Shown here piece after piece: positions 27,045-34,979 of a stretch of 37,812 nt of DNA (position 1 is its first letter; each line of letters starts with the position of its first letter). This DNA comes from Limisphaerales bacterium. GTDB taxonomy: Bacteria > Verrucomicrobiota > Verrucomicrobiia > Limisphaerales > SIBE01. The notes beneath the pieces are model-generated. The model did no database searches, was not told where the DNA came from, and saw only the letters and a list, made by a program, of their open reading frames with translations. The stretch lies in NCBI GenBank assembly GCA_044225505.1, contig JBGAIN010000076.1, forward strand, positions 1 to 37,812, written 5' to 3'. The position numbers and the translations under genes are program-made.

Positions 27045-28349
27045 ATGCTGACGGCGACTCCAGCATCCGTTTACTTGGGCGGGGAGGCTCGCTCGCTACT
27101 GACGCGTTTAGCGCGAGTGCGTCCGTTTTCGCTGGAGATCCCTTCGGTTCTCGCTGCGGCGGTGACTCCCCCCGCCCAGACGGCTGTGGAAGCCTATATG
27201 GCTCAAGGGCGGCGACGGCTCCGGGCGATGGTGCTTCGTTACCTGGATTGGCTCAAGGGTCCGGAGGCGCAGAGCGAGACGCCGGCAATATTGCAGGCGC
27301 AGTTCACGCTCTTGCGCTTGGAATTCAACACCATGCTCTCGCAGTTCGACATCTTCGCTGACGCGCTCGTGCAACGGACCGAGGTGGACAATGGGGTACG
27401 CCTGGCGGGGTTGGACGCCGTTGCGGCCGATGCGCTGCGATTGCCGGGCGCTCCATTCGAACCGCCGCCAGTGATCTGTTATTTGGACAGAGGGCACGGA
27501 GCGGCGATTCGGCGTGCTCGGACGCGGCTGCCTGGTGGGGGTGAGAATCCGGTGGCGATCATTCGGGTTCCTCGTGAGCGGATGATCGGCAGCGGCATTG
27601 CCTCGTCGCTAATCCACGAAGTTGGCCATCAGGCAGCCGCTCTGCTGGATTTGTTGCCCTCGTTGCGGGCCACTCTGCAGGTCCGGTCGCATCAGCACCA
27701 AGGGGAGGCGACGGCGTGGAGGATGTACGAACGATGTCTTTCTGAGATCGTTGCTGATTTCTGGTCCGTGGCGAAGCTGGGAGTGTCGGCGACGACTGGG
27801 TTAATGGCGGTCGTCAGTCTGCCCAGAGCGTTTGTTTTCAGGATCAACCTGAATGATCCCCACCCGTTTCCTTGGATTCGAGTGCGACTGAGCGCGGCGA
27901 TGGGGCGAGCGCTCTACCCGCATCCTCAATGGCGGCGCTTGGAAGAGCTCTGGGGCTCGTTTTACCCGCTAGCGGGCCTCGACGAGCGCCGACGTCGCGT
28001 CATCGATCACCTCATCGCAGCGCTGCCCGAGTTCGTGCGGGTTTTGACCCAGCATCGTCCTCGCTTGTTAGGTGGCCGAACCTTGGCGGAGGCTTTGGCC
28101 GTTGCGGACCGCCAACCAACGCGTCTGTCGCAGCTCTATCGTTTGTGGATCGATTCTCCCATGCTCATGCGAAAGGCAGCGCCGTCCCTGGTCTTCGCCG
28201 TGATAGGCCAGGCGCGCGCGGATGGCGCGATCAGTCCGGAAACCGAGAGCCGTCTTCTTACGGATCTGCTGACCTACTGGGCGTTGCGCGGAACTCTGGA
28301 CGCGTCGGCATACTGCGGCCGGAAACTGCGTCTGTTTCGCCGCACCTGA
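27045..28349 (+). CDS. Hypothetical HExxH (zincin-like) protein
   Basis: SLIHEVGHQ (27615-27629), downstream SEIVADFW and DPHP; starts 1 nt after the upstream stop. Confidence 0.8.
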   Translation: MLTATPASVYLGGEARSLLTRLARVRPFSLEIPSVLAAAVTPPAQTAVEAYMAQGRRRLRAMVLRYLDWLKGPEAQSETPAILQAQFTLLRLEFNTMLSQFDIFADALVQRTEVDNGVRLAGLDAVAADALRLPGAPFEPPPVICYLDRGHGAAIRRARTRLPGGGENPVAIIRVPRERMIGSGIASSLIHEVGHQAAALLDLLPSLRATLQVRSHQHQGEATAWRMYERCLSEIVADFWSVAKLGVSATTGLMAVVSLPRAFVFRINLNDPHPFPWIRVRLSAAMGRALYPHPQWRRLEELWGSFYPLAGLDERRRRVIDHLIAALPEFVRVLTQHRPRLLGGRTLAEALAVADRQPTRLSQLYRLWIDSPMLMRKAAPSLVFAVIGQARADGAISPETESRLLTDLLTYWALRGTLDASAYCGRKLRLFRRT

Positions 28350-28395
28350 TCACCACCGAAGCCGAATACCACAGTCACTCTAACCAAATCACACC

Positions 28396-30273
28396 ATGAA
28401 GATACAAACCGTCTCCTTTGACACTACGCCGAAGCTCAACCTGATGCAGGGCCGCCCTGTAAAACTCGATGGCCAACTGATCGACGACAGCCAAAGAATC
28501 TTAACTCCTGAATTGTTGAAGAATTACAGGTTTCAGTGGACAATTTGGCCGAACGAGACGGATGTGCACCCAGATCCCCTCGAGCCTTGGAAGGCGCAAT
28601 GGGTGCCGACGAACGTTGGAGAATACGAGATTCACCTGACGGTAAAAGACGCGGAGCCCAACGCGGGAACGTTGCCTAGTGAAGGGATCCAGTTCTCGCG
28701 TGACGTGCTGGTGCAAGCTTCGGCGCTGAGAGATTCAATTACCGTCACCTTGGCCCCATCGGGGTCAAGTCGCACCAATGATGATGCACTTTTCCAGAGC
28801 ATTCGCGAGAGTACCGCGGCTCTCGATTTTGAAGCTTACCGGACTTTCATTGACAATGTCATGTGTCACGGCCCGGGCGCAATTACCGATACTCGACAGA
28901 GGAATACGTTCCAGGCGGTGAATCGGCGCCGGGCGACGGTGTTCCCCGGCATCGACGCGTATCAGCGGCTCAAAGTGGCGACCGAGGTCTACGTGATGCT
29001 GAGCGTTCGCGTCTTAACGGACTACACCTTCGCGGGGTTTGACCCCGGACTTTACAAGAACAAGCACGGCCAGACGCTGACGCTGGCGGATCTGCAGAAC
29101 CAGTGGCAGACCTATTTGAAGGCAGACCACGGTGCGCTGTTGCTGCCGATCGACCAACTCATCCGCGCGAAGCTCCACGAACCGATCGATCCGGAGCATG
29201 ATCACGGCGTTAGCGTCTGCCAAGGTTTGCTCCAAGAGAAGCTGCGACGCCCCTGTTTCTTTGAGTTGATTTGGTCTTACTGGCACGAGGAAGGAATGCT
29301 CGTGCAAACGATGAAGGCGATCGCCCTGCGTTTTCAGAATAAGCGCACCTCCGAGCACGACCCGCTGGCGAACTTGGATGTGAGTCCATTGCATCCGTTA
29401 AGTAACTTGCTTTGGGGTTATATCCAAGAGGAGCAACATCGGTTGACTGTTCCCAGGCGGGCGTACGAGTACGATCATCAATATGGGTTGTCGCTCGACG
29501 GCAAGGCGGTCCCTATGCTTCGATCCGCGGACAGTCGTTCCAAATTCCTCGAGGCGTTCCACAATCTTCTCCATGGCGCCTTACTCTTTTACAAGCAGGA
29601 CGATGACACCACGAAACGAGCCGATGCCTTCCCAGTGCTCAACGGCTTGAAGGAAGTCCATCTCCTGCTACGCGAAGGAATGCACAATCAGTTCGGCGAT
29701 CTGCCATCGGCCGCGCGCATTGAGATGCTCATGGAACAGTGGATCCTGGCCCGGCCGGAGATGAAAGAGTTTTTGGGCGGCCGTGCCATGTTGCCTTACA
29801 GCGAGGACTGGATGGATCGCGTGGATACCATGAAGAAGCTGAAAGGTTGGACCGATGTTTCGATTACCTATTTCAATGAGTTGGCTGAGTTTGGAGAGAA
29901 GCTCTTGCTCTCCATGCGGCACGGCGATTGGAGCAACATCCACGACGCGACTTTCGCGGCTCATTGGGCCCGAGAATGGCGTCCGGAAATCCAGCAGTAC
30001 ATTCATGCCTATCGCACCGTGACGGGTGTGGATCTCACCCCGCAGCAAGCGGATGTTCGGTTGTCGGCGGATCGCTATCTCCAACCGTCCGTGCACCTGC
30101 GTAAGCGCCTGGAATCTCAGCGCCACCAGACGCCGAGCCGAGCAGGCTTCGGGTCGCCACGCCGCGCGGATTCCGCCATCCCAGCTGGCCATGCGCACAA
30201 TGGCAACTTTGTTACCGACGCGGACCGTCCTAATTCGCGGCGCGAAGCGTTGGAATTGTCCGACGAACTCTAA
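28396..30273 (+). CDS. Hypothetical 625-aa protein with an N-terminal PKD/Ig-like region and an aromatic-rich helical body
   Basis: Long ORF in operon; YRFQWT...GEYEIHLTVKD fits a PKD-like pattern; no signal peptide or TM segment seen. Confidence 0.82.
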   Translation: MKIQTVSFDTTPKLNLMQGRPVKLDGQLIDDSQRILTPELLKNYRFQWTIWPNETDVHPDPLEPWKAQWVPTNVGEYEIHLTVKDAEPNAGTLPSEGIQFSRDVLVQASALRDSITVTLAPSGSSRTNDDALFQSIRESTAALDFEAYRTFIDNVMCHGPGAITDTRQRNTFQAVNRRRATVFPGIDAYQRLKVATEVYVMLSVRVLTDYTFAGFDPGLYKNKHGQTLTLADLQNQWQTYLKADHGALLLPIDQLIRAKLHEPIDPEHDHGVSVCQGLLQEKLRRPCFFELIWSYWHEEGMLVQTMKAIALRFQNKRTSEHDPLANLDVSPLHPLSNLLWGYIQEEQHRLTVPRRAYEYDHQYGLSLDGKAVPMLRSADSRSKFLEAFHNLLHGALLFYKQDDDTTKRADAFPVLNGLKEVHLLLREGMHNQFGDLPSAARIEMLMEQWILARPEMKEFLGGRAMLPYSEDWMDRVDTMKKLKGWTDVSITYFNELAEFGEKLLLSMRHGDWSNIHDATFAAHWAREWRPEIQQYIHAYRTVTGVDLTPQQADVRLSADRYLQPSVHLRKRLESQRHQTPSRAGFGSPRRADSAIPAGHAHNGNFVTDADRPNSRREALELSDEL

Positions 30274-30355
30274 CCCTTAGTCACTCATGCCAGCTTGGCC
30301 TGGCCCTCGAACCACGGCGGCGGGCGGGGCTGGCGCAACTTAAAACTATCGAGCT

Positions 30356-31159
30356 ATGAATACACCCTTCACCTTTGATACTGAAACGTTCGAGTGGATT
30401 GCACCCGAGCCCGAAATCCCACTGGAGTTCGAAGAGGAAGTTCCGCCGCAGGGACCCGTACCGCTGGTTCGGAATTTCTCCAGCTCCGATGCGGATTGTG
30501 CGGCTGCCTTGCGAAGCGCTGGAAAGAGCAAAGCTCAGGCACTGGCCTTGATCAATGCGCAGCTGCGGTCGGCCATTCACATGCTTCGTGTGGCCTCGAA
30601 CAAGCTGAAACCGGGCGTTCGCACGGCTCCAACGGACAACTTGTTCAAAAAGATCTTCCGGGTGCCTCCCACTTTTGTCCCGACGTGGCTCAAACCGACG
30701 GCGGCGATTAAGAACCGTGGAGATGTCGTGGCCGTTCGTTGCCGTCGGGTCGCGGACCTGCTCGCCAGCGGTCGGATTCGGTTCTTCTGTTCTATCAACT
30801 CGGCAAACTGCCCGGATTGCGGCAATGACAACTCCGACTTTGCCTGTTCGAGTTGGGGAGACGAAAGCGTTGCTCCAAATCGAAGTAATGTCATTTGCCT
30901 GGGCGCTCCGTTCTGGGATGACATGAAGCGCGGCAATCGGACGTCGACTTTATCAACGTTGATCCATGAGCCTTTTCATATCTACTTTGGCAAATACGTG
31001 ACCGCGCATGCTCGTCCTGGAGGCGAGTCCGTTGGAAAATTCGGTGGGATCAACTGCATCGTTCGCTTCGTGTTTGAAGTGAACGGCCTGACTGCACCTA
31101 AACGAGTGGTCGACCGGTGCGTTGGCACCCCAGTCCGAAGTGCCGCCACCGGCTTCTGA
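30356..31159 (+). CDS. M35-like HExxH metallopeptidase domain behind an acidic N-terminal leader
   Basis: VICLGAPFW...STLIHEPFH (30965-30979); LFKKIF helix; 9 Cys; acidic first ~30 aa. Confidence 0.7.
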   Translation: MNTPFTFDTETFEWIAPEPEIPLEFEEEVPPQGPVPLVRNFSSSDADCAAALRSAGKSKAQALALINAQLRSAIHMLRVASNKLKPGVRTAPTDNLFKKIFRVPPTFVPTWLKPTAAIKNRGDVVAVRCRRVADLLASGRIRFFCSINSANCPDCGNDNSDFACSSWGDESVAPNRSNVICLGAPFWDDMKRGNRTSTLSTLIHEPFHIYFGKYVTAHARPGGESVGKFGGINCIVRFVFEVNGLTAPKRVVDRCVGTPVRSAATGF

Positions 31160-31550
31160 TCCAACGCCGACGATTCAAGCCAACCGGGGCGAGACTCCCT
31201 GAGGTTGGACGGATACCGCCAAGAGTCTTGACGCAAAGTGATCGGGATTAACTCGAGGGCTCCGGCGGTATCGATACGGAGTTTGGGCATTCCCGCTTAC
31301 TGTTTTCCGAGGAGGCCTTCCTCAAGGCGGTGGCGTTGCGCGCGGATGTCAAATCGGCTCGTCTTGGATCCCGTTTTTCGGGATCAAACCGCGCCTTGGT
31401 GAGCTCCATACCACTATTCTTGAACGTGCCTTCGAGGTGGCCATATGCTCAATACTCGCCTGAGCACGAGTTGGTTACCGTTGTGCTGGTTCCCTTGTTT
31501 CGCTCTTCGTAAGGCCTCTATGGGTTGACCCACCGCGGTTCCTTCGCTTC

Positions 31551-31594
31551 TGACCCACTGGTAACCCACTGCGGAGTGGGTTACCAGTGGGTCA
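31551..31594. repeat. Perfect 20-bp inverted repeat built from 11-bp subunits
   Basis: TGACCCACTGGTAACCCACT-GCGG-AGTGGGTTACCAGTGGGTCA; an extra partial unit TGACCCACCG at 31526-31535. Confidence 0.88.
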
Positions 31595-31744
31595 CCTGCG
31601 ACAGAAGAGCGGCAGAAGACCGACTGGAGCACCTCGGAAGAACACTATCGTCGTGGCTTCAGGCAAGACAACAGAGCGTCCTCGAATCCGTCGGTAAGGC
31701 CTTGATAACAAACGCTCTGGATGCAATTTGAGAGCGATCTAGAA

Positions 31745-33226
31745 TTACGGTGCCGCCATGGCAGTGGCTATTTCGCTGGAATTTGTGTCCGGGATCGCGT
31801 CCGGTTGTTCAAAGCAGGCGATCTGATCCTTTTCAGCTTGCTGGCGTCGAGCCGCACGGCGCAATTGTAATGCCCGATCAGTAACCTGGAGTCTTTTGGC
31901 AGCTCGCTGGAGATTGCCGTTTTCGTCGTCCAAGGCCGTTTGGATGGCGAGCTCCGCGGTCAGATTGTTGATCCCTCTAAGCCCGACGCCCATCGCCAGC
32001 GCCCGGCGGATGCCATCCTGGAAATGGCTGTCCTGCCAAGGTCGGCGCAGCCCGTCCGTGTCAGCGATTCGTTCTTCGGGAGGAACGTCCCCGACGGTGA
32101 GCGGACCATCCCCCACATGTCGACTCAACATCCGCGTTACCAAGTGGCGCAGCTCCCGAATGTTGCCTGGGTAATCGCGCGTGAGCAGGTAATCGCGAAC
32201 GGCCGCATCCGGTTCGGGCGGCGGTGTGTGCCCGGACATTTGTTGGAGAAAATGTCGACTTAGCGGCAAGATATCCTGCCGACGTGCGCGGAGCGGAGGC
32301 AGAGCGAAGGTCCAATTGGCGATCCGATAGTAAAAGTCGCGACGGAATGCGCCACGGGCTTCTTCCTCGATCAAGTTCCGATTCGTCGCGCAGACCAGCC
32401 GGAAGTTGACTTGCCGCCAAGTGTTGCTTCCCACCCGCTTGTAGACCCGCTCTTGGATCACCCGCAACAATTCGGCTTGGAGAGCGAGTGGAAGCTCTCC
32501 GACTTCATCCAAAAAGAGCGTGCCAGAATCGGCTAGAGCAAAAGCCCCGTCACGGGACGAAATCGCGGACGTGAAGGCGCCACGCTCGTGTCCAAAAAAC
32601 TCACTCCCAGATAGTTCAGGAGAGACCGTCGTGCAGTCCAGCACGACAAACGGCCCTTTGTTAGGACGCCGATCCAAGCGGTGGACCAAGCGTGCGATCA
32701 ACTCCTTGCCCGTGCCGCTTTCTCCCGTGATCAAGACGGAGCTATCGCTGAATGCCGCCACCTCCACCACTTGCCGAAGCACCGCGAGCCAAGCCAAGCT
32801 TCCACCGGCCAGTTCTGACTGCAGCTCAGGGGATTGAACGAGTTGATCCACCATCGCGTAACGCTCGAAACGGGCCGCCACCGTCGCGGCGGCGTCGGGC
32901 ATGCTGTCCCAGGCGAACACGTCCGCAGCGCCGGCTTGGAGCAAGCGCCAAACCGAACCTTCGCTCAACGTTTTGGCGGCGGTCCCCACGGCCAGCACTC
33001 GGTCAAAGCCTTGTCGTGACGCTTTTTGCAGCCGATCGCAAAGCGCTGCGTCGACCCGGTCGAAGATGACCATACCCGGACCGCCGGGCGGGTCCTTGGT
33101 TGGCGAAACGAGATCGACGCCGCGTTTTCGAATGGCTTCGATAATGGCGTCGCCGTGAGTGAATCCTCCTGGGAGGTAAGATTGAAACCAGCCTTGGACT
33201 TGCGCGATACGGGAACACGACTCCAT
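31745..33226 (-). CDS. Sigma-54-dependent transcriptional activator (bEBP) with a degenerate receiver-like N-terminus
   Basis: Walker A GESGTGKE, SEFFGHERGAFTSA, Walker B LFLDEV, RRDFYYR, YPGNIREL and a Fis-type HTH (GNLQRAAKRLQV). Confidence 0.93.
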   Translation of the reverse strand: MESCSRIAQVQGWFQSYLPGGFTHGDAIIEAIRKRGVDLVSPTKDPPGGPGMVIFDRVDAALCDRLQKASRQGFDRVLAVGTAAKTLSEGSVWRLLQAGAADVFAWDSMPDAAATVAARFERYAMVDQLVQSPELQSELAGGSLAWLAVLRQVVEVAAFSDSSVLITGESGTGKELIARLVHRLDRRPNKGPFVVLDCTTVSPELSGSEFFGHERGAFTSAISSRDGAFALADSGTLFLDEVGELPLALQAELLRVIQERVYKRVGSNTWRQVNFRLVCATNRNLIEEEARGAFRRDFYYRIANWTFALPPLRARRQDILPLSRHFLQQMSGHTPPPEPDAAVRDYLLTRDYPGNIRELRHLVTRMLSRHVGDGPLTVGDVPPEERIADTDGLRRPWQDSHFQDGIRRALAMGVGLRGINNLTAELAIQTALDDENGNLQRAAKRLQVTDRALQLRRAARRQQAEKDQIACFEQPDAIPDTNSSEIATAMAAP

Positions 33227-33576
33227 ACGTAAGACTACGAATGAGACACGAGCAATCTTTCAGATTTCTTTCGTTTATGTTCGCTGCAATCTGCTGACCC
33301 CCAGCGCGAAGGCGGGGCGTGGGAGCGTCGCGAGCGGATCGGGCAGAGTCTCAGCCTAGAAGCGTCTGAGGCCGAGCACGATTGAAAGTGTCTTTATCCT
33401 AGGCTCGCGCCGAGGAAGGCGCTCGAAGAAGAGACGTCACGCGGTCGGGTTTCGCACTCATGAACGGCTAACGAAGCTCGTCCAGTTATGGCCCAAGCCC
33501 TGCTCACCAGCTCGTTTGGTAGAATGCGTTTCACCTTTTCCGGGTCGTGAGCGGTTGGTGCGCACTCTCCTAGCCT

Positions 33577-34956
33577 ATGAGACTTAGGTGGTGCTGGTTA
33601 TTATTATGCCTGGCGATGTGGCGAGCGACCTCTCCCGCGCGCGCCGAGTCCGCGTCGTGCGCTGGCGCGGGCTTGAGATGCGTCTTCCTGGTCGAATCTT
33701 CGGCTGCGATGGCACCGTACCGATCGCAGATCGGGGATATTGTCGCTGGCTATGTCCTCAACGGCCTCGACGGCCAATTGCGCGAAGGCGATCTGCTTTC
33801 CATGTGGGTCTTGGATCCGGCACTCCCGTCCAACCGTCTGCTGCCGTTGATCTGGTCCCGACAAACCCGCGAAGTGATTGCGGTCCATTGTGCCAAAGCC
33901 ATCCAGGCCTGGCCGGTCCAAACGTCAGGCGCCCATGAGATCGGCGGGGTCCTGCAGGACGCTCTCCAGTGTGCTGCTCCAGGAGAAAAGCAGCACTTGA
34001 TGATTATTCATCGAGGCCAGGACTTAACTGGGACGGGCGTTGACCGGAACCTGAACGCAGCTTTCCGGTCGGCGCGCACAGCGCGGAGTTCGCCCGGACT
34101 CTATGTGACGACGTTGCTGGCGGATACAGGCAAGGTCGTGGCGTGGTCGACCGAGCCTCAGTTGATAGACGTTGCGGAACCCGCGGCGCTCGTCACTGTT
34201 CCCGAGAGTCGCAGCGCTCGCGAGCCCGGACTGGCGCCGGCAGTGGATGCGTTGATGCCTGTAACACCGGCGGTGACGCGACGTGAGCTCAAACCTGGGG
34301 ACGCACTTCCAGAGCCGGTCGCGGAACGCGACGTCACAAGTGTTTCTGCAAATCAGAAAAGCGACGTCCTTGGAACTCACGCGCCGGACGCAGCAGTCAA
34401 AGAAGCTCTCCCCATGGCGCGCCCGCGCCCGGAGGATACAGTGCGTCCGTCCACAGTGACCGTTCCAGATCAGGCTTTGACGGATTCTGAGATGAAAGGG
34501 AATGGCGAAGGCGACAAACCGACACTTTCGGCCTCGCCAGAACCGACGGGCCTCACGGTGACGCGGGCTGAAGTCGCTCCCACACTCGCGGTTCCGACAC
34601 CCCAGGCTTCCGCGAACCAAGTTCCGCTACCTGAGCGCACCGTCCGGCCAATCGACGAAATGGTGAAATCAGCAGTTGCCGTTTTGTCTCCGACGGCAAG
34701 CGTTACTGCCACAAGCTCGATCGCCCAATCCAATAACGTGTGTATGGATTCGGCCCCACATCGGAAAGCTACCAATGTGGTCGCCGCGCCAGCGACTGCC
34801 GTCCCGGGACCGAGCGGTCAAACCAGTGGAGCGCTTTACCTGGCTCTGGGGCTGGGGCTGCTTGGAGTCGCCACACTCATGCTTTTGTATTTTGCCAAAG
34901 CCGCTCCGAGCGGACAGCATGCCAGCTCGATCTCACAGTCTTTGGATCACAACTGA
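33577..34956 (+). CDS. Hypothetical membrane-anchored protein
   Basis: Signal peptide ending ARA-E, an alpha/beta domain (vWA-like VFLVESS), a long Pro/Ala/Thr linker and a C-terminal TM (LYLALGLGLLGVATLMLLYF). Confidence 0.78.
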   Translation: MRLRWCWLLLCLAMWRATSPARAESASCAGAGLRCVFLVESSAAMAPYRSQIGDIVAGYVLNGLDGQLREGDLLSMWVLDPALPSNRLLPLIWSRQTREVIAVHCAKAIQAWPVQTSGAHEIGGVLQDALQCAAPGEKQHLMIIHRGQDLTGTGVDRNLNAAFRSARTARSSPGLYVTTLLADTGKVVAWSTEPQLIDVAEPAALVTVPESRSAREPGLAPAVDALMPVTPAVTRRELKPGDALPEPVAERDVTSVSANQKSDVLGTHAPDAAVKEALPMARPRPEDTVRPSTVTVPDQALTDSEMKGNGEGDKPTLSASPEPTGLTVTRAEVAPTLAVPTPQASANQVPLPERTVRPIDEMVKSAVAVLSPTASVTATSSIAQSNNVCMDSAPHRKATNVVAAPATAVPGPSGQTSGALYLALGLGLLGVATLMLLYFAKAAPSGQHASSISQSLDHN

Positions 34957-34979
34957 GTCTGACGTGGACTGGACGGCGC

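Noticed and set aside
25625..31159. Operon as a known T6SS, eCIS, encapsulin, gas vesicle or cyanobactin cluster
   Set aside because: No sheath, tube, VgrG, HK97-fold, GvpA, YcaO or S8 protease motifs were recognisable in these ORFs.
31160..31525. Small ORFs, such as an immunity gene for the peptidase, and a hairpin at 31367-31385
   Set aside because: The ORFs lack convincing starts or composition. The 7-bp hairpin has its T run in the loop rather than after the stem.
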